This document shows, piece after piece, positions 1 through 8,700 of a stretch of 64,000 nt of DNA (its first letter is position 1; each line of letters opens with the position of its first letter). The translations under genes and the position numbers were made by a program. Source of the stretch: Acidobacteriaceae bacterium (GTDB lineage: Bacteria; Acidobacteriota; Terriglobia; Terriglobales; Acidobacteriaceae); contig OZ255624.1 of NCBI GenBank assembly GCA_965276675.1, positions 2,362,943 through 2,426,942 on the forward strand, given 5' to 3'. The notes beneath the pieces were generated by a model. It did not search any database. It saw nothing but the letters and a program-made list of their open reading frames with translations, and was not told where the DNA came from.

Positions 1-1
1 T

Positions 2-2404
2 GATCCGAAAGAGGGCATCGACTTCTTCCCGCTCACGGTCGATTATCGCGAGTACACCTATGCCGGTGGCCGCATTCCCGGAGGCTTCATCAAGCGCGAA
101 GGCCGGCCGAGCGAAAAAGAGGTCTTGACCTGCCGCCAGATCGACCGCCCGATCCGGCCGCTCTTCCCGAAAAACTTCCGTAACGAGACACAGGTGATCG
201 CGCTGGTCTTTTCTGCCGATAAGGAGAATGACCCGGATGTGATCGGCATGAATGCGGCTTCGGCTGCGCTCGCACTCTCGGATATTCCATTTCACGGTCC
301 AGTGGGAGCGGTGCGCGTCGGTCGTGTCGGAGACGAGTTCGTCATCAACCCTTCGTATGCGGAGCGGCGTGACAGCCTGCTCAACATCATGGTCGTCGGC
401 ACCAAGGACGGCATCGTGATGGTGGAGAGCGGCGCCAACCAGGTGAGCGAAGAGCTGGTGGTGGATGCAATCGAGTTCGGGCATGGAGAGCTCAAAAAGA
501 TCTGCGCCGGAATTGAAGAGCTAGTTGCGAAGGCGGGCAAGCCCAAGCGCCAGGTCGCCGAAGTGGAGCAGGACCACGAGTACCTTGCCTCACTGCAGGC
601 GAAGGTGGGCGACCGTCTGAAGGACGCGCTGGATACCGAGAAGCACGGCAAGGCGGAGAGCTACGCGCTGGTCAAGCAGATCAAGGACGAGCTGGCGAAG
701 GAGCTGCCGGCCGATCAGCCGGACGCCAAGAAGAAGCTGTCCAAGTACTACGAGCTGATGCGGGAACGCATCTTCCGCGAGCAGGTTACGAAGGAGCGCG
801 TCCGTCCAGACCGCCGGGCCTTTGACAAGATTCGCCCCATCACGATCGAGGTAGGTGTACTGCCGCGCACGCACGGGTCCGCACTGTTCACGCGCGGTGA
901 GACGCAGGCGCTGGTCACTTGCACGCTGGGCACGACTGACGACCAGCAGCGGCTCGAGAGCTTCGAGGGCGAGCAGAAGAAGCGGTTCATGCTGCACTAC
1001 AACTTCCCGCCGTTCTCCGTCGGAGAGACGGGCCGCATGACCGGTGTGGGACGGCGCGAGATTGGGCACGGCGCCTTGGCCGAACGCGCCATCACCGCCG
1101 TGCTGCCGAGTGCTGAAGAGTCACCCTACACCTATCGCATCGTCTCGGACATTCTGGAGTCGAATGGATCGTCCTCGATGGCGAGCGTGTGCGGCGCCAG
1201 CCTGGCGCTGATGGATGCTGGCATTCCGCTCAAGGACTCCGTAGCCGGTATCGCGATGGGTCTGGTGAAGGAAGGCGATAACTATGCCATCCTGACCGAC
1301 ATCGCCGGGGCGGAAGACCACTACGGCGACATGGACTTCAAAGTCGCTGGAACACGCGCCGGGATTACTGCTCTACAAATGGACATTAAGATCATGGGCA
1401 TCACCGGGCAGATCATGCGGGAGGCGCTGGAGCAGGCGCGGCACGGCCGGTTGTTCCTGCTGGACACGATGGAGGCAACGCTGCGGGAGGCGCGCGAGCA
1501 GAAGTCGCAGTTTGCGCCGCGTATTCACACGCTGCAGATTCCGACGGACAAGATCCGCGACCTGATCGGACCGGGCGGCAAGACGATTCGGGGCATCATT
1601 GAGGCGACGGGCGTCAAGATCGATGTCGATGACACCGGCCGGGTCAATGTGGCGTCGAGTGATGCCGACGGGCTGAGCAGAGCGATCGGCATGATCAGCG
1701 ATCTGACTGCCGTTCCGGAGATCGGAAAGACTTACTTGGGCAAAGTCGTCCGGCTGGCGGAGTTCGGTGCGTTTGTCGAGATCTTCCCGGGTACGGACGG
1801 GCTGCTGCATATCAGCGAGATCGCAGAGCATCGCGTCAAAGAGGTGAAAGACGAGCTGAACGAGGGCGACCAGATCATGGTGAAGGTTCTTGCGATCGAG
1901 GGCAACCGCATCAAGCTTTCGCGCAAGTCGCTCTTGAAGGAACAGCGGCAGAAGCTGGGCCTTCCCGAGCCGGGAGCGCAGGGCGGCCAGGTCCCCGACA
2001 TGGCCGCTTCAAGGATGGCAGCTGGCGGCGACCAACCACGTGAGCCGCGACCGGAACGGAGTGCGCGTCCGGAACGGCAAGATCGTCCGGAGCGGCAGGA
2101 ACGGGCTCCTGTCGAACGCCAGCCTGACCGTCAGCCGAGCTCGAATGCCAGCACCATCATGATCGAGGGCGGGGAAGACTCCGAGGACTTCGAGGATGAG
2201 GTGGGAGGCGACGAAGACGAGCCAAACTTCAATCGTGCCGACGATGCTGGCACGCCTGCAGTGCCGGGGCAGGCAGCTGGCGCGGGCGGGGCGAACGGGG
2301 CACGCCGTCGCCGTCGCCGCGGTCGTGGTCGCGGTCCTGGAGGTGGAACAGGAAGCGGACCGGGGACCGGAGGCGGTACCCCCGCCCCCGGCGGACGCCG
2401 GTAA
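2..2404 (+). CDS. pnp: polynucleotide phosphorylase (PNPase), 5' end outside window
   Basis: The frame is open from nt 2 (DPKEGIDFFPLTVDYREYTYAGGRIPGGFIKREGRPSEKE), upstream of the ORF-track Met at 125. RNase PH-like halves, a KH module (IPTDKIRDLIGPGGKTIRGI) and an S1 module (GKVVRLAEFGAFVEIFPGTDGLLHISE) are recognisable. A low-complexity tail of about 155 aa follows. Confidence 0.95.
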   Translation, partial: DPKEGIDFFPLTVDYREYTYAGGRIPGGFIKREGRPSEKEVLTCRQIDRPIRPLFPKNFRNETQVIALVFSADKENDPDVIGMNAASAALALSDIPFHGPVGAVRVGRVGDEFVINPSYAERRDSLLNIMVVGTKDGIVMVESGANQVSEELVVDAIEFGHGELKKICAGIEELVAKAGKPKRQVAEVEQDHEYLASLQAKVGDRLKDALDTEKHGKAESYALVKQIKDELAKELPADQPDAKKKLSKYYELMRERIFREQVTKERVRPDRRAFDKIRPITIEVGVLPRTHGSALFTRGETQALVTCTLGTTDDQQRLESFEGEQKKRFMLHYNFPPFSVGETGRMTGVGRREIGHGALAERAITAVLPSAEESPYTYRIVSDILESNGSSSMASVCGASLALMDAGIPLKDSVAGIAMGLVKEGDNYAILTDIAGAEDHYGDMDFKVAGTRAGITALQMDIKIMGITGQIMREALEQARHGRLFLLDTMEATLREAREQKSQFAPRIHTLQIPTDKIRDLIGPGGKTIRGIIEATGVKIDVDDTGRVNVASSDADGLSRAIGMISDLTAVPEIGKTYLGKVVRLAEFGAFVEIFPGTDGLLHISEIAEHRVKEVKDELNEGDQIMVKVLAIEGNRIKLSRKSLLKEQRQKLGLPEPGAQGGQVPDMAASRMAAGGDQPREPRPERSARPERQDRPERQERAPVERQPDRQPSSNASTIMIEGGEDSEDFEDEVGGDEDEPNFNRADDAGTPAVPGQAAGAGGANGARRRRRRGRGRGPGGGTGSGPGTGGGTPAPGGRR

Positions 2405-2414
2405 GAGAATGACT

Positions 2415-2442
2415 TAAGGGCTGCGCTTCGGCGCAGCCCTTA
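2415..2442 (+). terminator. stem-loop downstream of pnp (12-bp perfect stem, TTCG loop)
   Basis: TAAGGGCTGCGC (2415-2426), TTCG, GCGCAGCCCTTA (2431-2442) lies 11 nt after the pnp stop. The 3' flank (CTGCTTTA) is only weakly T-rich. Confidence 0.6.
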
Positions 2443-2604
2443 CTGCTTTACCTTCCGAATGAAGCCCGATGGTGAAATCTAACTGTTACCCAAGCGCCAA
2501 TAATGAGCTTAGCCATCTAGCGCAATTACTCCACCTGTACTTCCGACGAGAGAAGAGAAAGAACCTTCGGATCTTCCCAACTGTGCGCGAATTGAGCGCT
2601 TCGC

Positions 2605-3003
2605 ATGCAATCTATCGTCTATGCTCACTCCATGGATCCGATCATCAAGGCCGCCGTCCCGGTTCTGCCGGCTGCTGACACAGCCAAGTCGCTGGAGTGG
2701 TGGACTGAGGTTTGCGGTTTTATCGAAACCTTTCGCTATGGCACTCCACCAACTTATGCGGGGATTCATCGCGGCGACGCGGACCTTCATATATCCGGTA
2801 TGGATGACAGAGAACTTGCACGAACGGTCGGCGAACAGACGATGGTGCGAGTCATCGTAAGAGGCATTGAGGCCATGTACTCCGAATATCAGAGACGAGG
2901 CGGCAAGTTGCACCCCAACGGCCCTTTACAGACAAAGCCCTGGGGTACAAAGGAGTTTGCCGCGATTGACCCAAACGGCGTGTGCGTGACCTTCCAAGAA
3001 TGA
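2605..3003 (+). CDS. VOC (glyoxalase/bleomycin-resistance) family protein
   Basis: The pattern AVPVLPAADTAKSLEWWTEVCGF...GIHRGDADLHI...TKPWGTKEFAAIDPNGVCVTF is typical of small bleomycin-resistance/glyoxalase-fold proteins. The start could instead be the Met at 2632 (MDPIIK). Confidence 0.75.
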   Translation: MQSIVYAHSMDPIIKAAVPVLPAADTAKSLEWWTEVCGFIETFRYGTPPTYAGIHRGDADLHISGMDDRELARTVGEQTMVRVIVRGIEAMYSEYQRRGGKLHPNGPLQTKPWGTKEFAAIDPNGVCVTFQE

Positions 3004-3176
3004 GTGCGGTTGTCGACAGCTGCTATCAGTCCACGGGACCGGCGCGAAAGCAATGTTTCCGTATTGCCTATGCTGCATGAGAGCGCCTGATCGTGTCTCA
3101 ACAGTCCCTGGGCATTACCTCCAAAGCAATACGTTTCGCAACAAGAGCCTAAACATACCGTTTTGATGTTGGTAAA

Positions 3177-4076
3177 GTGACCTCTTCAATGCGACCGCGC
3201 ACCCTAGCTGGTTTTGCAACACTTGCGCTGCTATGGGGTTCCGAGTGGATGCTCCTTCCGGTGCTGCAATGGCTGCCGCCGCTGCAGGTGGCGGCGCTTC
3301 GTTGTGGTGTTGCTGCGTTGGCGCTGTCGCCGTGGGCGGTCCGCAGCCGGGGGCGACTGCGGTGCTCGCTCGGTGTCAATGCGTTGCTGGGAGTGACGCT
3401 GATCGCTGTGCCGCAGATACTGGAGGGCTGGCGTCCAAGCGCCATCTCGCCAGGGCTGGTTCTCACCATTCTGGCTGCAATCCCGCTGCTCACGGCAGTG
3501 CTGGAAGGGTCGCCCCGGGTCTGGTTTCCGGGTGCGCTGTTGGGGCTTGCGGGTATTTCGTTTGTTGCAGGAGATTCCCTGTCGTTTTCTCTCGATCAGT
3601 GGCCAGCTGCCGTTGTTTTTTTGGTAGCGGCAGGTCTCATCAGCGTCTCCGCCGTGATCGCACGGCGGCGGCTGCGTGAAGCTCCGGTGGGCGGTAGCGT
3701 CTTTGTGCAGATGAGCGTGGCCACGCTGGTGCTGGGGGTCGCGAGTCTATGGGAGAGTCCAGGGGGGCAAGCGTGGTCACTCTCAGCGGGAGTGACGGCA
3801 GCCCTCTCCGGCCTGTGCGGATCGGCTCTCGGTTACGTGCTGTTCCTGTGGCTCCTGCAGCGGATGGACGCGGTGCAGGTGGGCGCGCTGCGCTGGATGC
3901 AGACGGTGGTTGCCACGGCGGAGTCAGCGCTGTTACTGCGGCAACAGCCGGGTTGGCAGATGGGGCTCGGCCTGGTGGTCTCGGTCGCGAGTACAGTCTG
4001 GCTCATGCGGAGCCGTCCCGAAGAGGAGGCTACGTTAATGCTTCAGATTACCGGTGGTCCGCCCACTGCTGAATGA
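3177..4076 (+). CDS. EamA/DMT-family membrane transporter
   Basis: This is a polytopic hydrophobic protein of about 10 segments of the two-EamA-repeat type (ALLWGSEW..., CGSALGYVLFLWLLQRMDAVQVGAL). A GTG start is assumed; an ATG at 3189 is an alternative. Confidence 0.7.
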   Translation: MTSSMRPRTLAGFATLALLWGSEWMLLPVLQWLPPLQVAALRCGVAALALSPWAVRSRGRLRCSLGVNALLGVTLIAVPQILEGWRPSAISPGLVLTILAAIPLLTAVLEGSPRVWFPGALLGLAGISFVAGDSLSFSLDQWPAAVVFLVAAGLISVSAVIARRRLREAPVGGSVFVQMSVATLVLGVASLWESPGGQAWSLSAGVTAALSGLCGSALGYVLFLWLLQRMDAVQVGALRWMQTVVATAESALLLRQQPGWQMGLGLVVSVASTVWLMRSRPEEEATLMLQITGGPPTAE

Positions 4077-4114
4077 CTGCCGTCATCTAAGCAGGCTGGG
4101 GTAAACTGCTGTCG

Positions 4115-4525
4115 ATGAGCGCGTCGATGTACATCGTGGTAGAGGGCGAAGACCCGGGCTTTGACATCTTCGTCAACGGACGTGCGCTTGCCCGCAATGA
4201 AGATGCGCTGGAGAAGCTGGCCGCGAAGCTTGGCGTGAAACCGATGCTGGAGTTTTTCTCAGCCGATGAGAACTCGATGGCGCTGCTGCTAGAAGAGGGC
4301 GCCGGCGATCCAGAGTGGGCCAAGACCCTGCCGCCCCCACAGTGGTTTGCACCCGAAGATGGCCTGATCACTCTATGTACACTGCTCGATTTTCTGCGGG
4401 ATCACCCAGTCGCCATGGGCAGTGAAACACCGGAGATCGTGAAAGAAGCAGAAGAGTTTGAGCGTGTTCTGCGTAAGACCGCGCAGCGCCATCTTCGGTG
4501 GCAGCTGGCTGTGAGTTGGAAGTAA
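4115..4525 (+). CDS. hypothetical protein (acidic, soluble)
   Basis: 136-aa ORF with codon third-position GC bias and no overlapping competitor. I recognise no family. Confidence 0.5.
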   Translation: MSASMYIVVEGEDPGFDIFVNGRALARNEDALEKLAAKLGVKPMLEFFSADENSMALLLEEGAGDPEWAKTLPPPQWFAPEDGLITLCTLLDFLRDHPVAMGSETPEIVKEAEEFERVLRKTAQRHLRWQLAVSWK

Positions 4526-4564
4526 AGTTTGGTTCTAAAATCGGCGAATCTAAGCGCTTCGCGC

Positions 4565-4632
4565 TAACCCACCCTTTGCGCTCTGGTAATAACAAGTACA
4601 AAGCAGCGGTTTGACGCAAAGGATGGGGCACC
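4565..4632. repeat. REP-like intergenic palindromic element, copy A
   Basis: The left arm CCCACCCTTTGCG (4568-4580) pairs with the right arm CGCAAAGGATGGG (4615-4627), 12 of 13 positions. It lies between convergent genes. A near-identical element is at 16554-16620. Confidence 0.45.
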
Positions 4633-4650
4633 CGGGTGTTTGCCGATTTG

Positions 4651-5136
4651 CTAATGTTTCCAAGCGCCTAGCAGCCGTCGCAGCACGATCAGCTCGCCGG
4701 TGTGATAGCTGGTGTGGTCGGCCACGAGCAGAATTTCGCGCAGCAGGGTTTCACCATGTTTGCCCCAGGGAATGCTGGCGTAGAGATTGCTCTCTGGGTC
4801 TTTCACCAAATCCTCAAAGCTTTTGAAGTCTGCCTCGAGTCCGCGGATCGATGTGTTCCAGGCTTCAGCGGAGGAGGGAGCCGTCTCCTTCGGCCAGTAG
4901 TCGTCCGGCCACTTCTTTTCCTGGTAGTTTGAATCGGTCGAGAAATCCAGCAGGTCGTGTACAGCGATGCGCATATGTTCGAGCAGCTGCCAGGCGGAGT
5001 AGGGAAGTCCGTATGGCCGATCCCCGGCACGCTCCATCGGGAAGTTGTCGAGAGCTGAGCTGACATCTGCATGCGCCTGTCCGCCCTTGAGTAAGTTGAC
5101 CAGTTGTTCGCGAAGTGCTTCGTCGTCTGCTGCCAT
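4651..5136 (-). CDS. DinB-family protein
   Basis: 161 aa with DinB-like four-helix His pattern: LLEHMRIAVHDLLDF ... HTSYHTGELIVLRRLLGAW. Confidence 0.8.
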   Translation of the reverse strand: MAADDEALREQLVNLLKGGQAHADVSSALDNFPMERAGDRPYGLPYSAWQLLEHMRIAVHDLLDFSTDSNYQEKKWPDDYWPKETAPSSAEAWNTSIRGLEADFKSFEDLVKDPESNLYASIPWGKHGETLLREILLVADHTSYHTGELIVLRRLLGAWKH

Positions 5137-5184
5137 CGTCGTCTCCTATTCAGTGAGATGCGTCGCTGCACGCAAGATGAATGG

Positions 5185-5610
5185 CTACTCCGGCGTTTCA
5201 ACCATCTTCTCTTTTTCGGCGATGGCTACGCGCTCGTGCTTGATATCGAGGCGTAACCGCCCGAAGGCGCTCATGTACAGATTGGAGACCCATACAAGCG
5301 CAAAACCAGCGACGAGATAGCCACGCCAGTCGTTGTAGAGCAGCTTGAACCGGGTGATGGCGAGGAAGAAGAGCGTGACGTAGTGGCTGAAGCAATATTC
5401 GCAGGTGAAGAGATAGAAGAACTTCCGTTCGACGAGCCGGTGGCAGTCTTTGCTCTTGGACTCGCAGTACTCGCGCGGTTCCCGAAAGACCTCTTCATGG
5501 GTGATAGTCCAGGCGATGCAGGCGATCGGAATGCTGAGCACAAAAAGTGTGAAGAGCTGCGCGCCGAAGTTCATCACTGCCGCCATGTCCGGTCCGGGTT
5601 GCCGCTGCAA
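5185..5610 (-). CDS. small integral membrane protein (possibly DUF1360-like)
   Basis: Three or four hydrophobic segments plus a CEYC motif (FTCEYCFSHYVTLFFL), reminiscent of DUF1360 from memory only. The start may be the Met at 5586. Confidence 0.5.
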   Translation of the reverse strand: MQRQPGPDMAAVMNFGAQLFTLFVLSIPIACIAWTITHEEVFREPREYCESKSKDCHRLVERKFFYLFTCEYCFSHYVTLFFLAITRFKLLYNDWRGYLVAGFALVWVSNLYMSAFGRLRLDIKHERVAIAEKEKMVETPE

Positions 5611-5746
5611 AGCATACGTTTGATCTCTCCATCGCTTCCGTAGGTTGAGCTATGTCAATGACTGTGATGCGGGGACCCGGGATTGGGCCTCTGGTCTGGT
5701 CGCCAACTGTATCGGCGGGAGGGTACGGGAGGATGGAGTGCAAAGC

Positions 5747-5777
5747 AAAAGGACCACCGCATGCGGTGGTCCTTTTT
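5747..5777 (-). terminator. intrinsic terminator of the giant surface-protein gene
   Basis: The minus strand reads AAAAGGACCACCGC-AT-GCGGTGGTCCTTTT followed by GCTTT, and it begins 12 nt after the stop at 5789-5791. Confidence 0.7.
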
Positions 5778-5788
5778 GCTGGTGAGGC

Positions 5789-8700
5789 CTATTGCACGAT
5801 GACTTGCAATGGCAGGTTGTGAATGATCTTTACGCCTCCTGTGGGAGTCGCGGTGGCGGTGACGATGACGGTGTAGTTGCCGGCCAGGACCTTAGTGGCG
5901 GCGGCAGGCGTAGCACCGTTGGAGCCGTTGATGGAGTTGCCGCCCGAGGTGCCGGTGGTTCCAATGCCGCCCGTGGTGCCGCCGGCTGTTCCCGTAGCGT
6001 TGCCGGTGCCGCCGGTGGGGCCGACGCCAGCCGCTGCTTGGGTGCTGAAGCCTTTGGCCATGTTCATGCTGCAGCCGGTGGCTCCGAGCGAGACGCAGAC
6101 GGCGATGAAGGCGCCGAGAATGGACTGCCAGTGACGACGGCGTCCTGGGAGACCGCAGAGGAAGATGCAGGCCAGTGCGGTGCTACCTCCGGCGATCCAC
6201 CACCGCGAAGCGGGAAGCGTTTGAGTGCCGCCCTGAGCGATGGTGAAGCCGGGCGCAGCCGATACGGTGAGAGTGGTTCCGGTGATGCCGGCAGAGCCGA
6301 GCGTCAGGGACCCCGCACCGAGACTGCACTGAAGGCCTGGCTGATTCAGCACAGAGCAGGTCAGAGCGACGGGAGTGGTTCCTGAGAAGTTATAGATAGA
6401 GGTCAGCTGCAGGTTGTAGATAGCCGATCCATTTGTCGGTGAAAGAGGCATCTGTGTGGACTTATATCCTGCGTTGACCGCCACGTCCGATTGGAGAGAA
6501 AAGTCCGCGGAGGTGCGGTCGTCGATGACGTTGAGGGTGGTTGTGATGGATTTATCCGAAGCATTAAGAGGGCAGAAGACGAACAAGAAACAGCTGGGGT
6601 CTCCAAATTGAGGGTCGCTCTTCTGGGTGGAGTAGTTTGCGGTGAAAGTTACAGAACCGCTCGGAAGGTTAAGATAGCCGTTCGTTTTGCTGATTGGGAA
6701 GTTGACTGTCTGTCCGGTCACGTTCTGCGAGCCAAGGGAGACCCCGTTCGCAAAGAGAGTGAGCGATCCTTGAGCGGCGTTCAGGGTGGCTCCAAAGCCG
6801 TTCTGATACGTGACGCTGATTCCTACACTCAGGTTTTGCGTGATGCCGATTGAAAATGGCAGGTTCGTGAACCTGATGGAGGTGGTTCCTGTGCCATCAT
6901 TGTCTAAATTGCCGATGGTCACAGTGTTCGAGGTCGACGAGGCGAAGTTGGAGTTTCCCGCGTATATTGCTGTGTACGTTTCGGGAAGGCCGCTTTGCTG
7001 TGGCTGAACCGTACCCACAGCGATGCTGTTCCCCTGCGCGTCATATGTCGATGTGAGCGCAACCGTGGCGGATTCTGTGGCCACAGCACCATTGTTTCTG
7101 CGGTACTGACCGGTGAGTGTAACTGTTCCCGTAGGAGCCGCGCCATTTTCTAGCAGTAGAGTACCGTTGCTCGTGACCGCCTGGCCAGCAACGACTACTG
7201 TGAAAGTGTTAGGTGGGTTTCCGAAACTCGCGTGATTCGTTCCGTCCGAAGAGTAGATCGTGGTGGTGGTGGGTGCTTGTGCCACGCTGAAGACGAAGGG
7301 CTTGGTGGAGCTTGCCTGGAAACTGGCGTCGCCAGAGTAGGTGAAGACCAGAGAGTGTGTCGCGGTTCCCGTATTGAGGGATAGGTGGTTGGAGTTGAAG
7401 GTCGCGGTGCCTTCGGAGTTGATGGGCAGCGTGGCGATGGTTGCGCCGTTGTCCGCAACAGAGATCGATCCTGTCGGAACGCCCACGGCGTAGTACCCGC
7501 CAGTCAAGCTGAAGGGTCCCACGGTGATCACCACTGGCGATCCAAAGGGAACTGTCTTCGCGCCGGTGTTGTCGCCAGAGTAATAGACGTTATGCATCCC
7601 GGCTATGACGTCCAGCTTAGAAGACTCTGGTGTGACGATGAGCGTTTGCGGGGCGGAGATGCTGGCAGCGTACTTCTGATCGCCACTGTAGCGAGCATAG
7701 ATCTGGTAGGTGCCGCCGGGGAGGTAGTAGTTTCCCGGCTCGGTTACAGTATTGCTGCCGGTGGGCAGAGTGCCTGTAGGCAGACTGAGCGCCTCGATTC
7801 CAGACTGCGCTGGCAGCGGATTGGTGCTGTAGAAGCCGATGTCGCCGGTCGGGGTAGTACGAAGCTGGGTCGTGCTTTGCACCGTAGCGCTGAACGCCAC
7901 CGGCTTGCTGTGCTGAATGGTGGTCAACGGCTTGCCAGTCGAGGCATTAGTCATGGTAAAGATGATCGAGGAGCCTGTAGTGTTCGGCGCGATCCAGTGC
8001 GTGATGAGGTTTGAGATGTCCAGACTACCGATGCCGGTGGCAGCATCAAAGTTCGGGCCAGCGGCAAAGCCGCCGACCGGACAGTTGCTGCTGCAAGGCA
8101 TGGTGTTGCTGCCCAGAGTGACGTCGTGGTAGTACACGGTGCTGGCCTGCCCGTTTGTAATCGTGCCGGGGGAGAAGGTCGAAGCGTAGTTGTAGAGCGT
8201 CGGGTTGGCATTGCCGAGGCGGTAGTTTGCGCTCTTGAAGTTGTATTCAAGGACAAGAGCCATGGCGCCGGCAAAGACCGCGCTCGAGGCTTCCGTGCCG
8301 CCGGAGAGAGTAAAGGCCGGAGTGGTGCCGCCCGCGCAATCGCTATCTGCGATACAGAAGAGGTATGCCGTGTTATTGGCGCCTTCAGTGAAGCCCGGGC
8401 CGCTGCCGGCAAAGAAGGAGATATCGGGAATCACACGCGATGTTGTCGTGGTGCTGCCGGAAGAGGTAGGCAGACTCCCGGAAGCGACGCCTAGCTGATA
8501 GGCGGGCATGGGGTATGGCCCGATGACCGGAGCTCCATCGAGGCCGTTGGGGTAAGTGGAAGAGCCGAGAGTGCTGATACCGCCGCCTCCCGCGAGAAAG
8601 GCTGGGTTAGAGGGATTGAGGTTCGCCTGAGAGCCGCCGGGATTGGAGTCATTCCACACCTGCTCGGGAATGTACCCCTTGGCTGACGCGAAATTGCTGT

